Virus record (IMG/VR): IMGVR_UViG_3300025417_000566
Coordinates: 15,115 to 79,114 of that record
Reading direction: 5' to 3' (one strand)
DNA from: a virus
Length of the DNA: 64,000 bases
The position numbers and the translations under genes were made by a program. Within the stretch, counting starts at the first letter, position 1. Every line of letters starts with the position of its first letter. Below, in pieces: positions 31,944 through 41,882 of this stretch. The notes beneath the pieces are model-generated. The model was not told the DNA's origin. It did not search any database and was given only the letters and a program-made list of their open reading frames with translations.

Positions 31944-32563
31944 TGTCGGTTATTAATTTATCCTTGAAAGTTGAGGGATTCTTGAAAATCTACGACCCCA
32001 ATTCAGGTGAAATTTTCGTAGATAAAAAGAATGCAATCAATTATGAAAACATGTCAGAAGCCATTGCTGATACACTAAGTGATCGTGGGTATGGAGAAAT
32101 CTTCCAAATGGCGTTTGGTAACGGTGCGGCTTCAGTATCAGATACTGGAGTTATTACGTATTTGCCACCAAACGTAACTGGACAGAATGCGGCATTGTAT
32201 AATCAAACATATGCTAAGATCGTAGATGATACTAACGTACTTAATTTGGATCCTACACGCAATAATATGACAGTTTACCATACTTCTGGTAACGTTTATA
32301 CTGACATTTTGGTTCAATGTCTACTAGATTACGGTGAGCCTGCAGGTCAGGCCGCGTTCGATAACAGTACGCAGACGGATTCTAGTTACATTTTTGATGA
32401 ATTAGGCTTATTGGCCAACTACGGAACAGATGCTAACGGTAATACAATTACAAGACTATTGACACACGTGATTTTTCACCCTGTTCAAAAGTCATTGAAC
32501 AGACAAATTCAAATTGATTATACGGTTAGAATACAAGCGTTAACCAACTTGGTAACAATATAA
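31943..32563 (+). CDS. Putative baseplate/tail structural protein
   Basis: 206 aa within the structural block. C-terminal FDELGL...LLTHVIFHPVQKSLNRQIQIDYTVRI resembles phage baseplate/fibre-attachment proteins. Confidence 0.55.
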   Translation: MSVINLSLKVEGFLKIYDPNSGEIFVDKKNAINYENMSEAIADTLSDRGYGEIFQMAFGNGAASVSDTGVITYLPPNVTGQNAALYNQTYAKIVDDTNVLNLDPTRNNMTVYHTSGNVYTDILVQCLLDYGEPAGQAAFDNSTQTDSSYIFDELGLLANYGTDANGNTITRLLTHVIFHPVQKSLNRQIQIDYTVRIQALTNLVTI

Positions 32564-32571
32564 GATAAATA
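32564..32571 (+). promoter_or_regulatory. T4-late-like promoter (GATAAATA)
   Basis: Intergenic, upstream of the GGAG RBS and the ATG at 32593. Confidence 0.5.
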
Positions 32572-32592
32572 AAGATAACGGAGTGATAGATT

Positions 32593-33822
32593 ATGGCATA
32601 TACAATTGTTAAAAGTAATGGTACAGTACTAACAACCATTGCTGACGGTACTATTAATACAACTAGTACCTCTCTAGGGTTACCAGGTAGAAATTATCCT
32701 GGTTACGGTCAACCAATGGACGAAAACTTTGTTTGGCTTACTGAGAATTTTGCAAATGCAACTCCTCCAGCAAATCCATTGACAGGTCAACTTTGGTATA
32801 ATACAAATAACCAAACAATGTATATCTGTCCAACAGATGGACAGTCAAATGCCGCAGCCTGGTTATCATTAACGGCAACTAGTTCAGGTGGCGCAACAAC
32901 ATTTGGTGCTGTTACTGTTACAGGAAACTTAGCAGCCGGAAATCTATCAGCAGTAAGCAATCTATCAGCAAATGCTACTACAACAGCATTCTTAACCGTA
33001 TCAGCAAACGCAAATATCGCTAATGCTAACATCACTCAAGCAAGCATTGGAACATTAACTACATCAAATATCACAACAGGTAGCGCCACAACCGGCGGAA
33101 ACTTAACTGGTGTTTGGACTGTTACTGGTTCAGCAGGTGGAAACAACGCTGTAGCATTTAACTTTATTCAAGGTGGTATTGCTATTAGTAACTCAGCCGG
33201 CGCCAATCTATATGGTATTGCTACTGACAAGTACATGTATGCTAATGGTACCCCAGTAAGTTTTGCAGGTACATATAGTAACAGCAACGTGGCTGCATAT
33301 ATGCCAACATACGCTGGTAACGGTTTATTTACACAAGTACAATGTAATGTGTTCACAACAGGTGCAAACACAACAGCAGGAACTATCACAGGTAACTGGA
33401 CATTGACAACAGGATCAAGATTACAAGCAACATACGCTGACTTGGCAGAACGCTTTGAGGCAGACGATGTTTACGACCCGGGTACAGTTGTACAATTGGG
33501 CGGTGAAGCAGAAATTACTGCCGTAGAATACGAATTAAGTGAAGACGTATTTGGTGTTATCAGTAACACAGCGGCTTATTTGATGAACGCAGGGGCAGGT
33601 AGTGATGCTACTCACCCACCAGTAGCAGTTTCGGGTCGTGTTGAAGTTAAAGTAACAGGTAAAGTTACAAAAGGACAACGTTTAGTTAGTGCTGGTAACG
33701 GTATAGCACGTGCGGCTCAACCAAATGAAGCAACAGCATTTAATGTCATTGGCCGCGCATTAGCAAACAAAACAGACGATGGTTTAGGCACAGTTGAAGC
33801 CATTGTTTCGATTACGAAATAA
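32593..33822 (+). CDS. Tail fibre/spike protein with C-terminal intramolecular chaperone (peptidase G2-like) domain
   Basis: N-terminal ENFVWLTENFANATPPANPLTGQLWY anchor motif, then an N/T/A/G-rich beta shaft. The C-terminal ATYADLAERFEADDVYDPGTVV...VAVSGRVEVKVTG is typical of autocleaving fibre chaperones. Confidence 0.7.
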   Translation: MAYTIVKSNGTVLTTIADGTINTTSTSLGLPGRNYPGYGQPMDENFVWLTENFANATPPANPLTGQLWYNTNNQTMYICPTDGQSNAAAWLSLTATSSGGATTFGAVTVTGNLAAGNLSAVSNLSANATTTAFLTVSANANIANANITQASIGTLTTSNITTGSATTGGNLTGVWTVTGSAGGNNAVAFNFIQGGIAISNSAGANLYGIATDKYMYANGTPVSFAGTYSNSNVAAYMPTYAGNGLFTQVQCNVFTTGANTTAGTITGNWTLTTGSRLQATYADLAERFEADDVYDPGTVVQLGGEAEITAVEYELSEDVFGVISNTAAYLMNAGAGSDATHPPVAVSGRVEVKVTGKVTKGQRLVSAGNGIARAAQPNEATAFNVIGRALANKTDDGLGTVEAIVSITK

Positions 33823-33831
33823 GGATAAGAA

Positions 33832-34785
33832 ATGAGTTACGCACAATATGGATTAGTACAGGCAACTGACTTTAACACGTTCGTAGGTGGTAATCCAACC
33901 ACTACATCTAATACACTAAACGCAGTTTGGGCAACAGGTGGTGGTAGTGCAGGATATGGACAAACATCAGTAGCAAACGTTGCTACTGGTAACACAGTTG
34001 TCGCTACTGGACAATGGAACGCATTGGTTGCTAACACAGCAAGCGCCGCAACTCACCAAGGCTCATCAATTACAGCAGTAACAGCGCCTACAGCAGGTGG
34101 TACAATTACATATCTTAGTGCTATCCCAACTAACCTATCAACAATTTACACAAATAAATTGAATGCCGCAAGTCAAGGCTCAACTTCTTCAAACACAGCA
34201 ACTTTTGGTAGCACATGGAGTAGTGCATTAACATTTACATTTAGTGCATCATTTGCGAACGGTGACGCCGCACGTTATTTCTTTAACGCAGGTGGTCAAT
34301 TAAAACTAACTTGTTCACACCCAACAGGTACAGGTATTAATTTACTGTTGAACAACTTAGCAAGTAACGTTGGTACAGTTGTTATGAGCGCACCAAGTTC
34401 AGGTTCTGTATCTATTGCAAGTACTTCATTTAATGGTATTACTAAGATCGGTGGCGGTGGTAACTCTCCAACAATCAGCACAAACAGTGGATACTATGCG
34501 ATGACCACATCAAACGTCACAGTATTCACACAAACAGCGTCAACAGGTCCTTCTGGATATTTGGCAACAAACATCAAGTTTATTGCTAAGTCAAACGGTA
34601 CTGTTGGTTCAAACGCTGACGCAGGTAACGTAATTACCATTTATTCAACATGGACTGAAATCCCAACTGGATTGGTTGCAAGTTCTGGTTCTGCTGTAAC
34701 TCTTACAGTTGTACCACCAGAAACAACTAATATTGCCAATACTTGGGGTACTATTACATTAACCGGTTCAGTAACAGGTTCATAA
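33832..34785 (+). CDS. Virion structural protein (Thr/Ser/Gly-rich, fibre-associated)
   Basis: 317 aa, AAGGA RBS, composition like the neighbouring structural proteins. Contains FANGDAARYFFNAGG. Confidence 0.55.
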   Translation: MSYAQYGLVQATDFNTFVGGNPTTTSNTLNAVWATGGGSAGYGQTSVANVATGNTVVATGQWNALVANTASAATHQGSSITAVTAPTAGGTITYLSAIPTNLSTIYTNKLNAASQGSTSSNTATFGSTWSSALTFTFSASFANGDAARYFFNAGGQLKLTCSHPTGTGINLLLNNLASNVGTVVMSAPSSGSVSIASTSFNGITKIGGGGNSPTISTNSGYYAMTTSNVTVFTQTASTGPSGYLATNIKFIAKSNGTVGSNADAGNVITIYSTWTEIPTGLVASSGSAVTLTVVPPETTNIANTWGTITLTGSVTGS

Positions 34786-34811
34786 CATTTTTAGGGTAGA
34801 CGTTGTATCCA

Positions 34812-34819
34812 TCTAAATA
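34812..34819 (+). promoter_or_regulatory. T4-late-like promoter (TCTAAATA) at the head of the modification island
   Basis: Intergenic, followed by AGGAG RBS and the ATG at 34836. Confidence 0.45.
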
Positions 34820-34835
34820 CTCATAGGAGTGTACG

Positions 34836-35141
34836 ATGGATACAAAACAATTAATTGCAGACGCCAAAGCCCGTTTCAGTCACAATTCTGCCAAAGCATA
34901 TCTAGCAGAAAAATACCGTAACAAACTACTTGTCGCAGAACAAGGCGGCTTATGGAAAGCCGACGGTGAAACCATTACCTTATTAACCTCAATCAATTCA
35001 AAACGAGCAGTACTTATTGATACTTTTGACAATCCAGTAGAAGTTGACCGTAACGTATTATTAACTAAACTAAAAGAAGTCTATTCAGAAGTCATGGATC
35101 AATGGCTAAAAGAATGGAAAGAACTAGAGGCTAAACGATGA
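34836..35141 (+). CDS. Hypothetical protein, possibly tail-fibre assembly chaperone-like
   Basis: 101 aa with a strong RBS. The GGLWKAD...LIDTFDNPVEV pattern is loosely like small fibre-assembly proteins (by eye only). Confidence 0.45.
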   Translation: MDTKQLIADAKARFSHNSAKAYLAEKYRNKLLVAEQGGLWKADGETITLLTSINSKRAVLIDTFDNPVEVDRNVLLTKLKEVYSEVMDQWLKEWKELEAKR

Positions 35142-35944
35142 GTAGAGGGGCAATATTATTTGCTTTTAACTCACCTAAATATGATTATTATGCAATGGCT
35201 AAGTACACAGCCAAACGCATTAATCATTTCTTAGACTTGCCAGTTACAATTGTAACTGACGAACAATCATTGCCGAAAACAGAAGACTATGTTTGGGATA
35301 GTATTGTAACAACCACTCCAGATAAAAATAATATCAGAGACTATGGTGTTTGGATTAACAAGGGTAGATATCAAGCATATGAATTCAGCCCATATGAAGA
35401 AACATTATTATTAGATGCTGACTATGTTGTAAACTCAGATAAGTTATTGAAAACCTTTGAGTTTTACGATGACTTTTGCTGTCACAATAAAACAAACTTT
35501 TTAATGCATCCTGGCGTACCCCAAGAAGTATTAAGTGTTTATAGTTATGAAACACTTTGGGCAACTGCCGTAACCTTTAAGAAAAGTAAACGGGCAGAGC
35601 AAATTTTTAACTGTTTAGAAATGGTACAAAATAATTATGATCACTACGCTAATATTCATAGTTTCATTGGTGGAGTATATCGTAACGACTATGCACTTAC
35701 TTTGGCTCTTCGCATTGTTAATGGTCATAGTACTAATCCTAGAGATATAATACCCTGGGACTTAGTACACGTAGGTAAAAACACTAGTGTGTATGCAAAT
35801 AGTAATGATGAGTTTAATACTGAATACACAGTAATGTTTGACAATTGGCAACGTGGCAAGATTCGTAAAGAATATATTACAATTAAAGACATGGACTTTC
35901 ATGTAATGAATAAAGATAACTTTGTGGAGATGATTAATGAATAA
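35138..35944 (+). CDS. Glycosyltransferase-like protein (GT-A fold, GT8-like)
   Basis: LPVTIVTD, KGRYQAYEFSPYEETLLLDADY (DxD motif) and RNDYALTLAL. Confidence 0.7.
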   Translation: MSRGAILFAFNSPKYDYYAMAKYTAKRINHFLDLPVTIVTDEQSLPKTEDYVWDSIVTTTPDKNNIRDYGVWINKGRYQAYEFSPYEETLLLDADYVVNSDKLLKTFEFYDDFCCHNKTNFLMHPGVPQEVLSVYSYETLWATAVTFKKSKRAEQIFNCLEMVQNNYDHYANIHSFIGGVYRNDYALTLALRIVNGHSTNPRDIIPWDLVHVGKNTSVYANSNDEFNTEYTVMFDNWQRGKIRKEYITIKDMDFHVMNKDNFVEMINE

Positions 35945-36683
35945 AGGATTTGTTATCATGGCACAAGGTGACGATTATGTTAAGTGTGCCGAAGTATTAA
36001 AGAAAAACATTAAGCGTACTATGCCTAAAGCCAAAGTAACTATCATTACAACTGATATGCTACCCTATGGTGATCAAGCACCTGATACTAATTGGAAACT
36101 ACAAAACGATTGGCAAGTATATGAAGCCAGTCCATATGAATATACAATCAAACTAGAAGCAGATATGTATTTACCGCGATCAATTGATTATTGGTGGGAC
36201 GTATTGCAACATAGAGATATGGTTGTTAGTACTACAATTAGAAACTTTAAACAAGAAATTAGTGATATCAAGGCATATCGTAGATTTATCTATGATAATA
36301 AACTACCTGACACATACAATAGCATTACTTACTTTAAGAAATCTGACACAGCACAGCAATTTTATGAAATTGTTCGTGATGTTTTTGAGAACTGGCCTTT
36401 CTATCGCAACTCACTACAATGTAACAAAGATGAATTGGCTACAACAGATTGGGCATATGCGATTGCTAGTCATATCATTGGCGCAGAGAAAACAACATTA
36501 CCCCAGTTTACTGATATGAGCATGATTCACATGAAACAATTTATTAATGGAACTCCTACACAAGATTGGAGAGATGTTTTATTATATGAAGTATCCAAAG
36601 ATTCGTTGAGGGTAAACACAATTCCCCAAATGTATCCTTTTCACTATCATATGAAAGACTTTTGTGATAACATTAAGGTATAA
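35937..36683 (+). CDS. Glycosyltransferase-like protein (GT-A fold), paralog of the upstream gene
   Basis: KVTIITTD, YEASPYEYTIKLEADM (ExD variant of DxD), TTDWAYAIA and a C-terminal FHYH. Parallel motif order to 35138-35944. Confidence 0.65.
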   Translation: MNKGFVIMAQGDDYVKCAEVLKKNIKRTMPKAKVTIITTDMLPYGDQAPDTNWKLQNDWQVYEASPYEYTIKLEADMYLPRSIDYWWDVLQHRDMVVSTTIRNFKQEISDIKAYRRFIYDNKLPDTYNSITYFKKSDTAQQFYEIVRDVFENWPFYRNSLQCNKDELATTDWAYAIASHIIGAEKTTLPQFTDMSMIHMKQFINGTPTQDWRDVLLYEVSKDSLRVNTIPQMYPFHYHMKDFCDNIKV

Positions 36684-36686
36684 TAA

Positions 36687-37040
36687 ATGACAGAAGCCAA
36701 AGAAGAAGATTACGTATTATTTTGGGAAGCACCCAAAATTGAAAAACCTGAATTCAGACTTTACTATGACGCAAAAGGCAGTGTTGTTTGTTATACTTGT
36801 GAAAAGTTAGACGGGGATTATATTGTAATTGATGCACTTACTTATGCAGAAGGACGCCCCGATGTTCGTGTTGTTAACGGAAAATTAGTAAAAATTAACA
36901 ACAATGCAGTAGTAAGTAAATTAGTTCCTGATGAAGAAGAAGGTCAACTTTGTTCTATTGATGATGTTAGTATCATCGTTACAAAGAAAGACAAAGTAAA
37001 AAAACAAAAATGGAAATTAGCAACTTATGAACTCGGATGA
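36687..37040 (+). CDS. Hypothetical protein
   Basis: 117-aa ORF filling the gap, overlapping the next gene. FRLYYDAKG...YIVID...RVVNGKLV is loosely like small fibre-chaperone N-terminal domains. Confidence 0.5.
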   Translation: MTEAKEEDYVLFWEAPKIEKPEFRLYYDAKGSVVCYTCEKLDGDYIVIDALTYAEGRPDVRVVNGKLVKINNNAVVSKLVPDEEEGQLCSIDDVSIIVTKKDKVKKQKWKLATYELG

Positions 37041-37980
37041 TATTGTTGATGTAGCAGACTTAGATTGCATTTATCTAAGTTATGACGAACCACAGAAAGA
37101 AGAATTTTGGTTAAAGATTAAGAACATGGTTCCTTGGGCAAAGCGTGTTGATGGGGTCAAAGGTAGTGATGCCGCACACAAAGCCGCAGGTGAGGCAAGT
37201 GAAACAGAACGTTTTATTCTTATTGACGGTGACAACATGCCTGATGAAGAATTCTTCAACATTCAGTTAGACTTTACTGATAAGAGTCCTAACTATAAAC
37301 AAGCACAGTTTCGTTGGAAAGCAGTTAATGCTATCAACGGACTACGATACGGTAACGGTGGCATGAGCAGTTGGACAAAGACTTATGTTGCTAATATGAA
37401 AACACACGAAAATCAAAATGAAGGTGATGTTTCACGTATTGCTGACTTTTGTTTAGATAGCGCAGACAACTTATACTGGGCTATGTACGATTGCTATAGC
37501 ACGACCTACCCTAATTACACTCCCTTTCAGGCTTGGCGTGCAGGTTTTCGTGAAGGTGTCAAGATGTGTTTGAATCGCGGTGCTGTACCCAGCATTGAAG
37601 AATTCAAAGAAACAGTTGCCAGTCGCAATCTAAACAACCTTACAATTTGGCACAATGTGGGCACAGATGTTGAGAATGGTATTTGGGCTATCTATGGTGC
37701 TAGATTAGGCACATACATGACTATGTTATCTGATTGGGATCATACTAATGTTCAATGGTTTGATAACTATATTGAAATGTGGGACCAATACAAAGACAGA
37801 GATCCTCAACACTCAGCAGAATTTTTTGGTGAAGCATTGAGTGACAAGTTAGGTCTACCTATCTGTACACTTAGCCCAGAACAAAGCAAGTTTTTCAAAC
37901 GTCATTATAATAGTGATAAACATAACTTAGGTCCTTTAGTAACTGAAATGGATGTTATTCGTAGGATCGAAGGCTGGTAA
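37027..37980 (+). CDS. Glycosyltransferase-like protein (GT-A/GT2-like)
   Basis: DCIYLSYDEP, RVDGVKGSDAAHKAA, FILIDGDN (DxD), YGNGG and QAWRAGFREGVKM. Confidence 0.7.
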   Translation: MNSDDIVDVADLDCIYLSYDEPQKEEFWLKIKNMVPWAKRVDGVKGSDAAHKAAGEASETERFILIDGDNMPDEEFFNIQLDFTDKSPNYKQAQFRWKAVNAINGLRYGNGGMSSWTKTYVANMKTHENQNEGDVSRIADFCLDSADNLYWAMYDCYSTTYPNYTPFQAWRAGFREGVKMCLNRGAVPSIEEFKETVASRNLNNLTIWHNVGTDVENGIWAIYGARLGTYMTMLSDWDHTNVQWFDNYIEMWDQYKDRDPQHSAEFFGEALSDKLGLPICTLSPEQSKFFKRHYNSDKHNLGPLVTEMDVIRRIEGW

Positions 37981-39383
37981 TGTCAAACGAAACAGATAGA
38001 ATTAAACAGATTAAAATTCGTGTACAGAACGAATCTACACCTACATTCTGTTTGGCAAAGTGGCATCACGTTACAATGTACTTACAAAGTGGTGAGACGC
38101 ATAGTTGTTATCATCCACGACCGCACAAGATTCCATTAGAAGAATTGCGTGACAATCCCAGTGCATTGCACAATACGCACGAAAAGAAATTAGAACGCAA
38201 AATGATGCTTGAGGGTAAAAAGCCTGAAGGGTGTCAATATTGCTGGAACATTGAAGCAATGGGACCTGACTATATCAGCGACCGTCATATTCGCAACAGC
38301 AGTATCTTTACTGAAGAACGCTTTGAGCAAACAGCGAAAGGTCCTTGGGATCAAAATATCAATCCAGAATACTTAGAGATTAACTTTGGTAACGAGTGTA
38401 ATTTCAAATGCGGTTACTGTCATCCAAAGTATAGTACAAGTTTCTATAAAGAGATTGAAAAGTTTGGTCCTGTTACTAATGTAAAGAATCATCGTTGCGA
38501 CATTGACTGGATGAAACTATATCAACGTGAAGAAGAAAATCCTTATGTTGATGCGTTTTGGAAATGGTGGCCTGAACTGCGCAAGACATTAAACATCATG
38601 CGTGTTACTGGTGGCGAACCCACACTTCATAAATCTACATGGCAACTGTTAGATAAGATTGAAGAAGAACCCATGCCTTGGCTTGAACTAAACATTAACA
38701 GCAATCTTGGAACAAAGCCAGTTCTCATAGAACGTTTAGCAGACAAGGTCAAAAAGTTAGTAGACGAAAATAAAATTCAAAGTTTTAAATTGTTTACTAG
38801 CATGGATACATGGGGAGAACGTGCTGAGTATATTCGCACTGGGTTAGACTTAGAATTGTGGGAACAAAACTTTCACACTTATGTACAACGTAGTAACAGC
38901 CCAATTACATTCATGATTACATTCAATATCTTTAGTGTGACTTCATTTAAGTCATTGCTTGAGAAGTTTTTAGAATGGCGTGAACAATATGGTTGGTTTG
39001 AAGAAAAGTCACACGACAAACATAGAATTCGTTTTGATACTCCATACCTTCGTGACCCTATTCAATATGACATGAACATTCTTCCCAAAGAAGAGTTTAT
39101 GCCCTATATGTATGAATCATTACAGTTTATGAAGGACAATGTAGACGATACTGCTAGTAACAAGTTTACAACAATAGAATATGAAAAGTTTAAGCGTGTA
39201 GTTGACTACATGGCTGAAACTAATTATGAAGAAAAGAAATTGATTGAAGGTCGTAGAGACTTTTACAACTGGTTCAATGAGTTAGATGATCGCAGAGAAA
39301 ATGACTTATTAACCGTGTACCCAGAAATGTTGGAGTTTTATAGATTATGCCAGGAAACCAGCCTAACGAATCCTCTTTCGTAA
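37980..39383 (+). CDS. Radical SAM enzyme with N-terminal Twitch/SPASM-like domain
   Basis: CNFKCGYC (CxxxCxxC), TGGEP, and an N-terminal FCLAKW...SCYH...GCQYC auxiliary Cys set. Confidence 0.9.
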   Translation: MSNETDRIKQIKIRVQNESTPTFCLAKWHHVTMYLQSGETHSCYHPRPHKIPLEELRDNPSALHNTHEKKLERKMMLEGKKPEGCQYCWNIEAMGPDYISDRHIRNSSIFTEERFEQTAKGPWDQNINPEYLEINFGNECNFKCGYCHPKYSTSFYKEIEKFGPVTNVKNHRCDIDWMKLYQREEENPYVDAFWKWWPELRKTLNIMRVTGGEPTLHKSTWQLLDKIEEEPMPWLELNINSNLGTKPVLIERLADKVKKLVDENKIQSFKLFTSMDTWGERAEYIRTGLDLELWEQNFHTYVQRSNSPITFMITFNIFSVTSFKSLLEKFLEWREQYGWFEEKSHDKHRIRFDTPYLRDPIQYDMNILPKEEFMPYMYESLQFMKDNVDDTASNKFTTIEYEKFKRVVDYMAETNYEEKKLIEGRRDFYNWFNELDDRRENDLLTVYPEMLEFYRLCQETSLTNPLS

Positions 39384-40648
39384 AAAAGTTATTGCTTGGT
39401 AAGAGCAAGACTTTTTGTATGATACCTTGGGTTCATTTGCACACTACACCCACCGGTGTAGCCGCGCCTTGCTGTATTGCAGAATCGTGCGCAACTCCTG
39501 ACGGTGTTGGTGATTCTAAGACGCAAGGACTAATGGAATTAGTTAACAGCGAAAAGATGAATCAACTACGACTTGACATGTTGACTGGTAAAGAAAACAT
39601 TGAATGTAGTAAGTGTTATAACCATGATGCTCAGGGCATTGATAGTTTTAGAACCACATCTAATGAGCAGTGGAAAAATGCTTTTGATGACGTATTAGAA
39701 AATACCAATCTTGAAGATGGGTCACTAAAGAAATTCAAGATGCGTTACTTTGATATTCGTTTTAGCAATATCTGTAACTTTAAATGTCGCACATGTGGTT
39801 CAGCATTTAGTACTCAGTGGGAACAAGAAGATTTAAAGAGTGGAGTATTCTACGCAAAGATCATTCCAAAAAACAATAACAAAAAGTTCTTGCAAGACGT
39901 AGTAGATCAAATTCCAAATATGGAAGTTGCATACTTTGCAGGTGGTGAACCATTGATTACTGAAGAACATTATATTCTATTAGAAGAAATGATTCGCAGT
40001 AACCATACAGATATACTATTGCGTTACAATACTAACCTAAGTAATTTAAAATTTAAAGACAAAGACTTGCTTGGACTATGGAAACACTTTAGTAAGAAAA
40101 TTCAGATTTACGCAAGTATTGACCACTGCAAAGAACGTGCTGAGTATATCAGACATGGAACTGATTGGGGACAAGTTGAAACAAACTTTATGCTTGCTAA
40201 ACAAACGCCTTATGTTAATATTCAAATTAACACAGTATTGAGTGTGTTTAATTATTTGACTATTGATGAGTTTTATCAATACTTGATTGACAAGAATATG
40301 TATACTAACAAAGATGCAGTATTCACATTGTACAATATGACAACTCCTGATCATTTAACATGTCATATCTTGCCACCTGAGTATAAAGCAAAGGGTGAAG
40401 AAAGTATCAACCGAGCAATTGCATACATGAAAACCAATAGATTTATTGACAAACATCTACAACAACTAGAAGTTGCTCCTGGTTGGGTAAATCACAAAGA
40501 TAATTGGGATGAGCAAAAAGTTAAATTTAGAGAAGAAGTAAAAAGACTTGATATACTAAGGGGTGAATCATTTATGGAAACATTCCCTGAGATTGCAAAT
40601 CTTTATATACCAGAACAACGAGTAAGAGCAAGAATGGCACCAGTATGA
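39347..40648 (+). CDS. Radical SAM enzyme with N-terminal Twitch domain
   Basis: CNFKCRTC, FAGGEP, YNTN, and N-terminal FCMIPW...PCC...ECSKC. Confidence 0.9.
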   Translation: MPGNQPNESSFVKKLLLGKSKTFCMIPWVHLHTTPTGVAAPCCIAESCATPDGVGDSKTQGLMELVNSEKMNQLRLDMLTGKENIECSKCYNHDAQGIDSFRTTSNEQWKNAFDDVLENTNLEDGSLKKFKMRYFDIRFSNICNFKCRTCGSAFSTQWEQEDLKSGVFYAKIIPKNNNKKFLQDVVDQIPNMEVAYFAGGEPLITEEHYILLEEMIRSNHTDILLRYNTNLSNLKFKDKDLLGLWKHFSKKIQIYASIDHCKERAEYIRHGTDWGQVETNFMLAKQTPYVNIQINTVLSVFNYLTIDEFYQYLIDKNMYTNKDAVFTLYNMTTPDHLTCHILPPEYKAKGEESINRAIAYMKTNRFIDKHLQQLEVAPGWVNHKDNWDEQKVKFREEVKRLDILRGESFMETFPEIANLYIPEQRVRARMAPV

Positions 40649-41880
40649 ACCTAGACAAAGAATTTTTATTGAATGAAAGCAAAACGTTTTGCATGTTCCC
40701 CTGGGTTCATCTTAATGTAACACCTAAAGGTGATATTTATCCTTGCTGTAGTAATGATTACACTAAGCCATTTGGAAACACTAAAAAGACTTCTCTTAAA
40801 GAAGCATTTAACAGTGACCAAATGAAACAGTTACGTTTAGATATGCTAAACGAAAAGAAAAACGATATTTGCACATTTTGTTATAAACACGAAGAAGCAG
40901 GCCCACATAGTTTTAGAAACTACAGTAAAGAACAATTTAGCAAACGCTTTGATGAAATCGTTCCAACTACACAGGCTGATGGAACAGTAGAAGAATTCAA
41001 AATGCGTTACTTTGATATTCGTTTTAGCAATATCTGTAACTTCAAGTGCAGAACATGTGGTAGCGAATTCAGTAGTCAATGGGGTGCAGAAATGCAAAAG
41101 CACTTTGATGACAAACACCCAATTGTTATTCATGCTGACGATGGTAAGGGGACAGTACTACAAGAAGTATTGTCACATATTGAATATATCGACCTCGCTT
41201 ATTTTGCAGGTGGTGAACCATTGATTACTGATGAACATTATGTAATGTTGGAAGAAATGATTCGTTTGGGTAAAACTGACATTACACTACGTTACAATAC
41301 CAATGCAAGTAATATCAAGTATAAGAAACATGATATCCTAGACTTATGGAAATACTTTAAAAAGATCGAATTGAGTTGTAGTGTAGATCATTATGGTGAA
41401 CGAGCAGAATGGTTACGCAAGGGAACTGATTGGGGTAAAGTAGAAAACAATCTATTGACTTTCCGTGATTTAGATTACATTAGTTTCCAAATGAATACTG
41501 TGTTTAGTATTTTCAACTATAGCACTATTGGTGAATTTTATAGTTATTTAAAGAGTAAGAACATTGTAAGGCGTGAAGATTGGTATCATAGTCTTTACCT
41601 AGCAGTTCATCCTAGTTACTATTGTGCTAAGAGTTTACCCAAAGAATTAAAAGTAGAGGCAAGTGCCAAAGCATTAGCCTGGGCAGAGGCAAATAAAGAT
41701 GATAATACTTCATTGTCAAGATTGGTAACAGACGCAGTTAATTTTGCTAGCGACCGTGATCAATGGCACGAAGTTAAGGATCAATTTATAATGCATACCC
41801 GAAGTATTGACAGGATCAGAGAAGAAAACTTCTGGGAAGTTTTCCCCGAATTAAATAAGTTACAAGACTTAGAGGAATAA
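40645..41880 (+). CDS. Radical SAM enzyme with N-terminal Twitch domain
   Basis: CNFKCRTC, FAGGEP, and N-terminal FCMFPW...PCC...ICTFC. Close paralog of the preceding gene. Confidence 0.9.
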   Translation: MNLDKEFLLNESKTFCMFPWVHLNVTPKGDIYPCCSNDYTKPFGNTKKTSLKEAFNSDQMKQLRLDMLNEKKNDICTFCYKHEEAGPHSFRNYSKEQFSKRFDEIVPTTQADGTVEEFKMRYFDIRFSNICNFKCRTCGSEFSSQWGAEMQKHFDDKHPIVIHADDGKGTVLQEVLSHIEYIDLAYFAGGEPLITDEHYVMLEEMIRLGKTDITLRYNTNASNIKYKKHDILDLWKYFKKIELSCSVDHYGERAEWLRKGTDWGKVENNLLTFRDLDYISFQMNTVFSIFNYSTIGEFYSYLKSKNIVRREDWYHSLYLAVHPSYYCAKSLPKELKVEASAKALAWAEANKDDNTSLSRLVTDAVNFASDRDQWHEVKDQFIMHTRSIDRIREENFWEVFPELNKLQDLEE

Positions 41881-41882
41881 AC

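Noticed and set aside
32593-33822. About 14 N-X-S/T sequons in the fibre protein as evidence of N-glycosylation
   Set aside because: The protein is so Asn/Thr/Ser-rich that this count is not clearly above chance, and no oligosaccharyltransferase-like gene is present.
34786-34835. Rho-independent terminator between the tail module and the island
   Set aside because: Only imperfect pairing is possible and there is no GC-rich stem followed by a U-tract, so no terminator is called.
39740-41231. Near-identical segments as a DGR template/variable repeat pair
   Set aside because: No adenine-specific mismatches, both copies encode conserved catalytic motifs, and no reverse transcriptase is present in the window.
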